Of a stretch of 64,000 bases of DNA, positions 9,121 through 17,810 are shown piece by piece. The notes beneath the pieces are model-generated. The model was not told where the DNA came from. It made no database searches and saw nothing but the letters and a program-made list of their open reading frames with translations. Position 1 is the first letter of the stretch, and each line of letters starts with the position of its first letter. Source of the stretch: Candidatus Kuenenia stuttgartensis (GTDB lineage: Bacteria; Planctomycetota; Planctomycetia; Pirellulales; UBA1268); assembly GCA_943332855.1 (NCBI GenBank), contig CALQRA010000001.1, positions 3,276-67,275 on the forward strand, in the 5' to 3' direction. Position numbers and translations under genes: made by a program.

Positions 9121-10047
9121 TCACTCCGCGGACGTCGTCTCGCCACCGGCGCGGGTGGAGAGATCGACGAGAACTGCCGCGGCGTCGTAGCTGAAAAAAC
9201 GCACGGCCCCGTCGAGGAACGCGAAGTGCCCTCCGCCGCCGGGATGAAGGCTCCAGAAGTGGTTGGCGCTGCATTCGTCCTTCAGCCGCCCCGGTTGAAA
9301 CGGATAGACCGCATTGGCGCAGCGCCCGAAGGGATTCCTGTCAGTGCTCGCCGTGCCAACGGTGTGATCGAGGGCACCGTCGCCGAAGCCGACCCCCATC
9401 CCGGCATACCACCAGCCGAGATCGAATTGGGGTGACGGCGGCCGCTCGCCAGCCAGGAGCGTCCGCGACACGCCGTCGATGACATCGGCAAGTCGCGTCG
9501 CAGACCCGGAATAGAGGACGCCGTCGTGGAGCGTCGAGTCGCGGCCCGACGACCCGAGGTAGGAGCTGAGCCCGGCGATCGTTCGATACCGGGGGACCGG
9601 CTGCGCCGAGCTTGCCCGCGGGTCTTCCGGGCAGGCAAACAGCGCGATCGGCTTGGAGAAGGTCGGGTGGGTGGCCATGTCGAAAGGATCTTGGCTCGCC
9701 CGGTATTCCGCCGCCACCAGGTTGGCCGTCGCCGTCTCCTCGAGGAACGGCAGGAGTGAAACGAGCCAGCCACGATACGGCGTGGCCGAGGTGCCCAGGT
9801 CGGTGCCGGCCGGAAGCCGGCCGCGGGCGTCGACGTGGGAGTGGGCGGCCAGCGCGATCTGCCGGAGCTGGTTTTGGCATCCGGTCCGCCGGGCTGCACC
9901 GCGCGCCGCCTGGACGGCGGGGAGGAGGAGCGCGAGGAGGATCGCCACAATGCCGATGACGACGAGGAGCTCGACGAGCGTGAACGCCCGCGTGGAGACG
10001 CGGGCTCGGCGCCCGGATGCCCACGATCTGCCGTCATGCGCCGCCAT
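9121..10047 (-). CDS. DUF1559 (H-X9-DG) protein with prepilin-type N-terminal cleavage/methylation domain
   Basis: AFTLVELLVVIGIVAILLALLLPAVQAARGAARRTGCQNQLRQIALAAHSH is the canonical planctomycetal pseudopilin-like N-terminus. The C-terminus reads FLDGAVRF. The start could also be ATG 10080. Confidence 0.85.
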   Translation of the reverse strand: MAAHDGRSWASGRRARVSTRAFTLVELLVVIGIVAILLALLLPAVQAARGAARRTGCQNQLRQIALAAHSHVDARGRLPAGTDLGTSATPYRGWLVSLLPFLEETATANLVAAEYRASQDPFDMATHPTFSKPIALFACPEDPRASSAQPVPRYRTIAGLSSYLGSSGRDSTLHDGVLYSGSATRLADVIDGVSRTLLAGERPPSPQFDLGWWYAGMGVGFGDGALDHTVGTASTDRNPFGRCANAVYPFQPGRLKDECSANHFWSLHPGGGGHFAFLDGAVRFFSYDAAAVLVDLSTRAGGETTSAE

Positions 10048-10152
10048 GGCGGTCCTCCCGGCCGGGATTTCCCTGATCAATGCCCCCCGAGCTGCTTCGG
10101 GGGGGTGGCCGCATCAGATCATACCAAACGAGTGAGGACGTCCGTCGGGCCC

Positions 10153-11289
10153 TCACCGCGGCCGACGGGGCCGGCCGGCGTGCTGCCTGGGAACGATGCC
10201 GTCGCCGGACTCGATGGCGAACTTCGTCATCGTGTTGATGTGAACACCGAGGAGGGTCGCCGCCCGGCCCATGTGGCCGCTCGTGACGGCGAGTGCCTGC
10301 CGGACAGCGATCCGGCGCAGTTCGTCGAGGTTCAAGACGGGAAGCTCCACTTCGAATGAATGGTTGGGTCCACTCCCGGCTGGCAGGGCGAGCGCGGTTG
10401 GCACGTTCAGGGCGGCTGGCGGCACGAAGTGCATCGCAGGCATCGCTCCCGGCGGATCGGCGGGAAGGTCGGGCACCGTACCGAACACATAAACGCGTTC
10501 GACGAACTGGGCCAACTGGCGGATGTTGCCCGGCCAGCGGTAGCGGAGCATCCGGGCGAGCGTGGGGGCGTCGGGAACCCAGGGCTCCCTGTCCAACCGG
10601 GCCGCCAGCATCTCGGAGAAGTGGCTGATCAAGAGGGGAAGATCGCTCGCCCTGTCGCGGAGGGCGGGCACATGGATCTCGATCGTGTTGAGCCGGAAAA
10701 AAAGGTCGGGGCGAAACGCACCCCGATCGACCTCCAGCCCGATCTCGCGATTCGTCGCCGCGAGAATCTGGACCTCAAACGGAAATACCTCGGTCGAACC
10801 GACTGGCGTCACCTCCCGCTGCTGGATCACCCGCAGGAGCTTGGGCTGCACCTCGAGCGACAGCTCGCCGATCTCGTCGAGAAACACAACGCCGCCGTCG
10901 CCAGCGCGGAAGACGCCGAGAGCCGTGCCAACGGCCCCGGTGAACGCCCCCTTAACGTGGCCAAACAACTGGCTTTCCGCCAACGTCGTCGTCAGGGCCG
11001 CGCAGTTGATCGCCACGAACGGCTGGTCGCGGCGGGGTCCGGAGGCATGGATCGCCCGCGCGACCGCCTCCTTGCCAGAGCCTGTCTCGCCAGTCAGCAG
11101 CACGCAGCTGTCAAACTGGGTGGCTCGGCTGATCTCGAACTCGAGTTGTGCCGCCGCGGCGGAGGTGCCCGTAATCCGGGGAGCGGGAGTCGACCGCCGT
11201 GCCGCCTTGAAGGGCATGCCAACAGCCACTCCGGCTGAAACCACGGCTCCCGCAGCGGGGCTTGTCGCGCCGTCATTTCGCAGTGGCAT
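10153..11289 (-). CDS. sigma-54-dependent transcriptional activator (AAA+ EBP + C-terminal HTH) with no N-terminal sensory/receiver domain
   Basis: Walker A LLTGETGSGKE, the sigma-54 contact loop GHVKGAFTGA, Walker B VVFLDEIGEL, WPGNIRQL, and a Fis-type HTH (GHMGRAATLLGVHINT). Only ~45 aa precede the AAA+ core. Confidence 0.85.
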   Translation of the reverse strand: MPLRNDGATSPAAGAVVSAGVAVGMPFKAARRSTPAPRITGTSAAAAQLEFEISRATQFDSCVLLTGETGSGKEAVARAIHASGPRRDQPFVAINCAALTTTLAESQLFGHVKGAFTGAVGTALGVFRAGDGGVVFLDEIGELSLEVQPKLLRVIQQREVTPVGSTEVFPFEVQILAATNREIGLEVDRGAFRPDLFFRLNTIEIHVPALRDRASDLPLLISHFSEMLAARLDREPWVPDAPTLARMLRYRWPGNIRQLAQFVERVYVFGTVPDLPADPPGAMPAMHFVPPAALNVPTALALPAGSGPNHSFEVELPVLNLDELRRIAVRQALAVTSGHMGRAATLLGVHINTMTKFAIESGDGIVPRQHAGRPRRPR

Positions 11290-11562
11290 ATGTGCCGATC
11301 TCCAGCCCCCCGAACCAATTCCCCGCTCCTGTAAATTGTGGCTGGAAGAATTGTCAACGTTCTCGGTCCGACCGGGGGGGCTCGGGATGGCTCCATGAGC
11401 GAGATGGCCCCTCCCCCCGATCCCACCACCACCACTGGAACGTGGGGCTGCTTACGCCTGCCGGCGTTCACTTCGACGCGGCCGAAGGATTCCTCGCTCA
11501 GCGACGAGTCGCCCTCGCGCAGCGTCGACAGCCGCGACGCAACCGACCGGCTTGGGCGGGAG

Positions 11563-11608
11563 GCAAAAAGAAACCGGGCCTGAGCACCTTGCGATGACCG
11601 GCCCGGTT
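11563..11608 (-). terminator. candidate rho-independent terminator after the PEP-CTERM gene
   Basis: On the minus strand: AACCGGGCC (11608-11600), a 19-nt loop, GGCCCGGTT (11580-11572), then TCTTTTTG. It lies 30 nt past the stop at 11638. The loop is long, so strength is uncertain. Confidence 0.4.
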
Positions 11609-11637
11609 GTGAATCAGCGATCAACACGCCCACTCGA

Positions 11638-13902
11638 TCAAGCCACGACCTTGGCCCGCCGGCGCCGCTGCTCGATCAACGCGACCACCCCGGCGATGAG
11701 AGAGAGGGCGCTTGAGCCAGTGGCGGGGTCGATCTCGGGAACGCTGTTGGTCGTGAACCGCAGCTGACCGGTCAGCTCGCTGAAGGTGAGTTGCTGGCTC
11801 CCGAACAGAGCCGTCCACACGCCATCCAAACCTGAGAAGGTGAGTCCCCCGTAGCTCCCGCTCCCGGTACTGCTGACGGAGCCAAAGCGACCGAGCGTCG
11901 AGCCCGTGAAGCCGAACAGGTCGAACGTCGTCCCGTCGGCGAAGGTCGTCGTGTTGGCGAAATCGAGATCGAGCGTGCCGCCGTAGCCGAGGCCGCCGGC
12001 GGTCGAGATCACGAGTTTGTCGTAGGCGGTGCCGGCCGTGCCGGCGAGATTGCCGGCGCCAATGATCTGCATGAGCGTCGTGCTGCCGGCTCGGAGGTCG
12101 AGCGAGCCGACGGTCAGCAAGCCTGGGCTGTTGCCCGGGGAGAGGATGCCGTCGACAATCACGGCCCCTCCGATGGTTCCCGAGCCGCCGAGCGTTGCCC
12201 CGTTGGCCACCGTCACAGCGCCGGTCGCCCCCGCCTGATTCCCATTGATGATCAGGGTGCCTGCATTGACGTTGGTGGTGCCTAAGTAGACGTTTGCAGC
12301 ATTCAGGACGGTGGTGCCGCTACCGGCCTGCGTGAATCCCCCCTTCCCCGTGAGGGGTCCGGAGAAAAAGTCGGTACCCTGGGTCACCGTGTCAGACTGC
12401 TTCACGATGAACCGGGCGTTGGAACTGGCCCCGCCGCCGATGTTGATGGCGCTGTTCGTCGGCAGCGAACCGGTCGTGCCGCCATCGCCGAGTTGGAGCG
12501 AGCCAACCTGGACGTCCACGGTGCCAGTGAAATCGGGATTGCTGCCCGCCACGATCACGGTGGGAACGTCGGAGGCCTTGGCATTGATATCGAGCGAGGT
12601 CAGGCCGGCCCCCAAGGTCCCGGAGATGAGCGTGACTCCGTTGCCGGAGAACGTGATCGGACTGCTTGAAGCGGTGATCGTGTTGCTCAACGTCATCGTG
12701 CCCGACGTGACGAAGATTCGCGAGCTCGTGACCGCCGTCACGGGGCCGGAATAGGTGTTGTTGCCGCTGACGTTGGTGAGGGACTCGCCATTGAGCGTCA
12801 GCAGGCCGCCGCCCACGTCGAATCCGCCCTGCAGTTCCAGGGAGCCTCCCGCAGTGGTCACCGGCGACGTTCCGAGCGCCGACGTGGCGTTGGCAACAAT
12901 CTTGCCCAGGGCGATGGTGGTCGCACCGCTGTAGCTGCCGCTCCCGGATAGGGTCAACGGGCCCGAGCCGCGCTTGGCGATGCCGCCGGTGCCGAAGATG
13001 CCGCCGAGGACCTCGTGGCCGCCTGCACCCGTGTAGTCCAAGGTGTTGCCCTGCAGATTGATCGCCGTGCCACTGCCCGGACCAATCTTCAAAACGTTGC
13101 CGCCTCCAGAGAGCACCGTCGAGTTTGCGGCAAGCGTCACGATGCCCCCCCAAGTGGCTGTACCCGAAGCAATCCGCAGCGCGCCTTCCGACGTGCTTTC
13201 GCCGGTGCCGCTGAGGGTCAACCGTTCACCGCTGACAGTGACGAGGTTGTTGATCCGCACTTGGCCGCCCGTGGATACGATCGTGGCTCCGTCCGTGGTC
13301 CCCAAGGCATTGTTCGCGGCAACCGTAAGTCTGCCCGTGACAGTGGTATCCCCTGCGTACGTGTTATTGCCACCGAGCGTCAGGTATCCAAGGCCCGACT
13401 TCGTGAGCGACCGGCTGCCACCGGATTCGGAAATCGGCCCGCTGATCGACAGTTGACCTCCCACGTTGACGGTCAGGTTGTCGGCGAGTGTCACCGGCGT
13501 CGAAACCGTATCTTGGATCGTTCCGAGTTCAGTCAGAGCGACGCCGCTGCCGCCATTATTGAACGTCAAGCCGGCCCCACCACTCGCCGCAAGCGTGAAC
13601 GCATGGGTGTTGTTGGAGTCGCCGATGTTCAGCGCGCCCACGGTGCGGGACGTGGTGTCGATCGTGACGGTGCGAGCGGCGGTGATGTTGTTGGTGAGCC
13701 CGATAACATCTCCTGCGGCGTTCCCCGGCACAGCAGCGGGATTCCAGTTGGAGCCGAGGCTCCAGTTGCCGGAGGCGTCGACATTCCAGAATCCGCTCTG
13801 GGCGAAGGCCCGCCCTGGCGAAAGGGCCAGAAGTCCGACTGCGAGAGTCGCGCTGATCCCCACTCCCCGAACCAGCGACCTGGTGATCGACGTTGTCAGC
13901 AT
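11638..13902 (-). CDS. autotransporter-associated beta-strand repeat protein with PEP-CTERM-like sorting tail
   Basis: ORF trimmed to ATG 13902 (signal ...LAVGLLALSPGRAFAQ). Many G-rich beta-helix repeats (LTLSG.NTYSG.TT...G.L). The C-terminus VPEIDPATGSSALSLIAGVVALIEQRRRRA matches the PEP-CTERM pattern (PE-P, helix, basic cluster). Confidence 0.7.
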   Translation of the reverse strand: MLTTSITRSLVRGVGISATLAVGLLALSPGRAFAQSGFWNVDASGNWSLGSNWNPAAVPGNAAGDVIGLTNNITAARTVTIDTTSRTVGALNIGDSNNTHAFTLAASGGAGLTFNNGGSGVALTELGTIQDTVSTPVTLADNLTVNVGGQLSISGPISESGGSRSLTKSGLGYLTLGGNNTYAGDTTVTGRLTVAANNALGTTDGATIVSTGGQVRINNLVTVSGERLTLSGTGESTSEGALRIASGTATWGGIVTLAANSTVLSGGGNVLKIGPGSGTAINLQGNTLDYTGAGGHEVLGGIFGTGGIAKRGSGPLTLSGSGSYSGATTIALGKIVANATSALGTSPVTTAGGSLELQGGFDVGGGLLTLNGESLTNVSGNNTYSGPVTAVTSSRIFVTSGTMTLSNTITASSSPITFSGNGVTLISGTLGAGLTSLDINAKASDVPTVIVAGSNPDFTGTVDVQVGSLQLGDGGTTGSLPTNSAINIGGGASSNARFIVKQSDTVTQGTDFFSGPLTGKGGFTQAGSGTTVLNAANVYLGTTNVNAGTLIINGNQAGATGAVTVANGATLGGSGTIGGAVIVDGILSPGNSPGLLTVGSLDLRAGSTTLMQIIGAGNLAGTAGTAYDKLVISTAGGLGYGGTLDLDFANTTTFADGTTFDLFGFTGSTLGRFGSVSSTGSGSYGGLTFSGLDGVWTALFGSQQLTFSELTGQLRFTTNSVPEIDPATGSSALSLIAGVVALIEQRRRRAKVVA

Positions 13903-13976
13903 CAGAAGCTCCGCTTCCAAAAGTCGTCCGTGGCTTACGTTCCCCGGCCCCAAATCAACATCTGCCCAAATGCATC

Positions 13977-13993
13977 TGCAAATCGCGTTCCGG
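13977..13993 (-). promoter_or_regulatory. candidate sigma-54 (-24/-12) promoter upstream of the PEP-CTERM gene
   Basis: The minus strand reads CCGGAACGCGATTTGCA. GG and GC are separated by exactly 10 nt as in TGGCAC-N5-TTGCA. The -12 TTGCA is perfect; the -24 matches 4/6. It lies ~75 nt upstream of ATG 13902. Confidence 0.25.
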
Positions 13994-14030
13994 AGCCCGT
14001 CTCAACGGTCTGCGATCAAGATTCCGCACG

Positions 14031-14069
14031 AAAACCACTCCTTGGCTTCTCGAAGTGCGAAGTGGATTT
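14031..14069. promoter_or_regulatory. imperfect inverted repeat, possible upstream activator site
   Basis: AAAACCACT (14031-14039) and AGTGGATTT (14061-14069) form an 8/9 palindrome with a 21-nt spacer. It lies 40-90 nt upstream of the candidate sigma-54 promoter. Confidence 0.2.
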
Positions 14070-14206
14070 CACAAAAAAATGGATATTTTCACGCTGCGAG
14101 TGAGTTTCGTGTCACTGAAATTATGAAACTCGCGCCTGGGGTGGCGACCTGAGAAGGTTGAGACGGTCGACGGCACTTTCACAACGGATCGGGTCGATGC
14201 TCCCGA

Positions 14207-16303
14207 TCACTTCGTAGCCATCACCTCGACGCCGTCCCAGTCGACCGGGGGCGGGGAGGCGGCGTAGGCGACGGCACGCTCGCGGAGGATCGTGGCTGCG
14301 GTGTCGTCGGGACGGAGGCGGAGCGATTCGTCGAAGTGCTCTGCGGCGCGGATGAAGTCGCGCGCGAAGTAGGCGTCGAGGCCCGCTTCATATTCAGCCG
14401 CTGCGGCAAGAATGTTTCCGGGGACGGAGCCGACGAGGCCGAGCGCCTCGTGGATCTCTGTCGGCAGTCGCTTCCCTTTGACGGCGATCCGATCGAGGCG
14501 GCGCCAGGCGATTGAATTGCCGGCGAGCCGGCGGGTGGCGTCGCTGGCGATGACTGCCGTGCCATACTCGTTGTTCACGCGCTCGAGCCGGGCGGCGAGA
14601 TTCACCCCATCGCCGATGGCGGTGTAGTCGAAGCGGTCGGGGGCGCCGAAGTTGCCCACGATCACCCGGTCGGTGTGGATCCCGAAGCGTGTCCGGAGCC
14701 GCTCGGCCCGGGGCATGGTGGCGATTGCATCGCGGCAGCGGATCGCCGCGATCACGGCCCGCTCGGCATGGTCGGCGACGGGGCGGGGGGCGTTCCAAAA
14801 GGCCATCATCCCATCGCCGATGTACTTGTCGACGGTCCCCGATTCGTCGGTCACGATCCCGGCGATTCCGGCGAGATAGTCGCCGAGGACCTGCGCGGTG
14901 TCGGCCACGCCGATCTCCTCGGAGAAGCCGGTGAAACCGTGGATGTCGCTGAAGAGGATCGAGAGCTCCTCGGAGCGGCCGCCGAGGACGGGCTCGGTGC
15001 CGTCGGCCAGCAGTTCCTGCACGAGCTTGAGCGGAACGTATTTTCCGAAGCCCCGCAGCCCCGATTTCAGGCTGCCGAAGACGCCGTTGACGTCGGCGAT
15101 CTCCTCAAAGACGGTGTGGGGGAGGGGACGGTCGGAGAAGTCGAAGCGCCGCAGATGCTCGGTCTCCACGGCGATCGCATGGAGCGGTCCGGCGATCGAC
15201 TTGGCGAGGAGTGCGGCGCCGGCGAGAAACAGGGCCAGGATTCCCAGACTGATGAGGATACTGCGGGTGATGTCGCGCTGGATCGTGCCGAGGAAATCGT
15301 CCTCCGCCACGACCGCGCCGGCGACCCATTCACGCCCATGAACGGCGATCGGGCGGACGACAGCCAGCTGGCGGGCACCGTCGACGACATAGGCGATCGA
15401 GGCTGTCGTGTTGGGCTTGAGCGTTTGAAGCGTTGTCTGGAACTCGGGGTTGTGGGCGAGAGCCCGGAGGACCGGCGGATCGGTATCGGCCAGCCGGGGG
15501 AGCGTCACGTTTCCACCGTCGGCACGGATCGGCGCCGCCCCGGCGGCGGCCAGCGTCCCCTGGGCGGGATCGAGGACGAAGCCCCGGATCGGCCGGCCGG
15601 CCACCCGGAGCCGCGCGAGCATCTCGGCCAGATCTGTGAGCGTGATCGCCACCGCGACGACCCCGGCATCGGCCCCGTCTTGGGCCTGAAGGGAGACCGC
15701 AGCCGTGACGACGATCGTGTCGTCGGGAAAGTGGGCGTAGGCGTCGGTGAGGAACACGCCGTTGGCGTCTCGCGCGCCGGCGTACCAGGGGCGCGTGCGA
15801 GGGTCGTAGGAGTCATCGACCTCGAGGCGCTCGAGGATCTCGGTGCGCGGGGCACCGGGGGCGCGGCGGCTGATGATCGTGCGCGGGGCGGTCGCCTCGG
15901 GGCCCGAGACGAGACGACGCTGTGACTCGAGGCTCCCGTCATCACGGCGGGTAATCCGGACCCATCCCCCGTCGGGAAGACCGAGTTGCACGTACGCCAG
16001 CGCCCGCTCGCTCGACAGGAGTGCAGAGCCGACGACATCGAGCGCGTTGGGGCGGAGCTCGGCGGGGACATCCCCGATCACGGCGGCAGCCACTTCCGCC
16101 GCCGAAGCGGCGCTGTCGAGCATGTCGCGCGTCTGCTCGGTGACCTGGTGCGCGACCGGATCGAGGAGATCGCGGGTAAACGTCCGCACGGTCCTGGCGG
16201 ACGACAGCCAATTGAGGAGGAGAAGGAGCGCGGCCAAGCCCGTGGTGATCAGGAGCACCCCGACGAAGATCGTCACCCGGAGCTTGATCTTTTGGGGAAA
16301 CAT
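14207..16303 (-). CDS. membrane-bound class III adenylate/guanylate cyclase with periplasmic Cache-like sensor, HAMP and C-terminal helical (TPR-like) extension
   Basis: Two TM helices flank a ~300-aa extracytoplasmic region. The cyclase core reads LSILFSDIHGFTGFSE...DKYIGDGMMAFWNAP...GIHTDRVIVGNFG...YTAIGDGVNLAARLE. Confidence 0.85.
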   Translation of the reverse strand: MFPQKIKLRVTIFVGVLLITTGLAALLLLLNWLSSARTVRTFTRDLLDPVAHQVTEQTRDMLDSAASAAEVAAAVIGDVPAELRPNALDVVGSALLSSERALAYVQLGLPDGGWVRITRRDDGSLESQRRLVSGPEATAPRTIISRRAPGAPRTEILERLEVDDSYDPRTRPWYAGARDANGVFLTDAYAHFPDDTIVVTAAVSLQAQDGADAGVVAVAITLTDLAEMLARLRVAGRPIRGFVLDPAQGTLAAAGAAPIRADGGNVTLPRLADTDPPVLRALAHNPEFQTTLQTLKPNTTASIAYVVDGARQLAVVRPIAVHGREWVAGAVVAEDDFLGTIQRDITRSILISLGILALFLAGAALLAKSIAGPLHAIAVETEHLRRFDFSDRPLPHTVFEEIADVNGVFGSLKSGLRGFGKYVPLKLVQELLADGTEPVLGGRSEELSILFSDIHGFTGFSEEIGVADTAQVLGDYLAGIAGIVTDESGTVDKYIGDGMMAFWNAPRPVADHAERAVIAAIRCRDAIATMPRAERLRTRFGIHTDRVIVGNFGAPDRFDYTAIGDGVNLAARLERVNNEYGTAVIASDATRRLAGNSIAWRRLDRIAVKGKRLPTEIHEALGLVGSVPGNILAAAAEYEAGLDAYFARDFIRAAEHFDESLRLRPDDTAATILRERAVAYAASPPPVDWDGVEVMATK

Positions 16304-16519
16304 GGCGGGATTATGCAGCGCCGCGGCCCCGAGCGGGAGATGGACGGTGGGAAGCTTCCTGTGGAAAGGCCCGGTCCGGCCGCGGGGAGCCAGTCCGGGG
16401 AAGAGAAGGGGCCGGTGGGACGGGTCGTATCGGTGGGGGGGCGTTGGCGGTCTCGGATCGCTCCCCCGCGGGGGTGAGGGGGCGGAAGGGCGGGTGGAGC
16501 GGGGGGGCGGCGGTGTAAG

Positions 16520-17806
16520 ATGGCCTCAATGAACGCCCCCTCCACCACCGCTCCGCCGCCAGACCTGTCCGCCCCCGCCGCCACTCGACCGCGGCGCCGG
16601 GGCTGGCTGGCTTGGGGCGTGTGGCTGCTCCTCGGGGGAGGGCTCGCCGGCGCCGTCTGGCACGACCCGTCGCTCCTCGAGAAGGGGCGAGCGCTCGTCG
16701 AGCCGAAGTCCCGGGCTCCCAAAGCGCCTCCGCCTCGGGTCGTGCCGGTGTCGGCAGTCGAGGCCCGGCAGGGGGACATGGAGCTCCATCTGAACGGTCT
16801 GGGAACGGTGGCGGCGTTCAATACCGTTACGGTTCGCAGTCGAGTCGACGGGGAATTGGTGAAGGTCGCGTTTAACGAAGGGCAGGTGATCGCGGCCGGA
16901 GACCTGTTGGCCGAGATCGATCAGCGGTTCTACGAGGTGCAACTGCGGCAGGCCGAGGCGCAGCTGGCCCGCGACGCCGCGGCCCACCGCGCTGTGGAGC
17001 TCGATCTCGAACGCTCCGAGTCGCTCGCCGATCTGCGGCAGGTGACCGAGCAGCAGATCGACAGCCAGCGGGCCCTCGTTCGGCAGGCCGAGGCGGCGAT
17101 GCAGATTGACCGAGCGCTGATCGACAACGTCAAGCTTCAACTCGACTACTGTCGCATCGAAGCGCCGATCAGCGGCCGGATCGGCCTCCGGCTGGTCGAT
17201 GCCGGCAACCTCGTTCGCGCAAGCGATCCGGCCGGCATCGCCGTCATCGCCCAGATCCACCCCATCGCCGTGACCTTCACGATCCCCCAGGACGAGATCA
17301 TCCGCGTCCAGAAAGCCCTGGCGGTGAAGGGGGGGCTTCCGGTCGAGGCCTTCAACCGCGACTTCCAGACGCGTCTCGCCGCCGGGGCGCTCTCGGCGAT
17401 CGACAATCAGGTCGATCCGTCGACCGGGACGGTCAAGCTCAAGGCGGTCTTCCCCAACGAAGACGACACCCTCTTCCCCAACCAATTCGTCAACGCCCGC
17501 CTCCTCGTCGAAACGCTGCGCGACGCCACGATCATCCCGCTCTCAGCCCTCCAGCGCGGGCCGGAGTCGACGTTCGTGTGGGTCGTTCAGCCCGATTCAA
17601 CCGTCGGCATCAGGCCTGTCCAGGCGGGGCCGACGCAGGGGGATCAGGTCGCGATCACCAGTGGCCTCGAGCCGGGGGAGCTCGTCGTCACCGACGGGAT
17701 CGACAAGCTGGCGCCGAAGTCGAAGGTCGCCGTCCGCGGCATGGCCCCGCCCGCGGACGGAGGAAACGTGTCGGAACGTCGGCCCGCCACCGCGGCTGGA
17801 TCCTGA
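16520..17806 (+). CDS. mdtA: RND efflux membrane-fusion (periplasmic adaptor) protein, MdtA-like
   Basis: N-terminal anchor helix, coiled-coil hairpin (QLRQAEAQLARD...), lipoyl and beta-barrel segments (APISGRIG). Directly precedes two RND pump genes. Confidence 0.75.
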   Translation: MASMNAPSTTAPPPDLSAPAATRPRRRGWLAWGVWLLLGGGLAGAVWHDPSLLEKGRALVEPKSRAPKAPPPRVVPVSAVEARQGDMELHLNGLGTVAAFNTVTVRSRVDGELVKVAFNEGQVIAAGDLLAEIDQRFYEVQLRQAEAQLARDAAAHRAVELDLERSESLADLRQVTEQQIDSQRALVRQAEAAMQIDRALIDNVKLQLDYCRIEAPISGRIGLRLVDAGNLVRASDPAGIAVIAQIHPIAVTFTIPQDEIIRVQKALAVKGGLPVEAFNRDFQTRLAAGALSAIDNQVDPSTGTVKLKAVFPNEDDTLFPNQFVNARLLVETLRDATIIPLSALQRGPESTFVWVVQPDSTVGIRPVQAGPTQGDQVAITSGLEPGELVVTDGIDKLAPKSKVAVRGMAPPADGGNVSERRPATAAGS

Positions 17807-17810
17807 AACG

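Noticed and set aside
14041-14059. Plus-strand TTGGC...GTGC resembling a sigma-54 promoter
   Set aside because: The GG-to-GC spacing is 11 nt rather than 10, and the orientation points away from any downstream plus-strand gene.
16470-16494. G-quadruplex-type motif GGGGG-TGA-GGGGG-CGGAA-GGG-C-GGG upstream of mdtA
   Set aside because: G-runs are expected by chance in a ~70% GC genome, and there are several nearby. Nothing supports a specific role, so it was not promoted to a finding.
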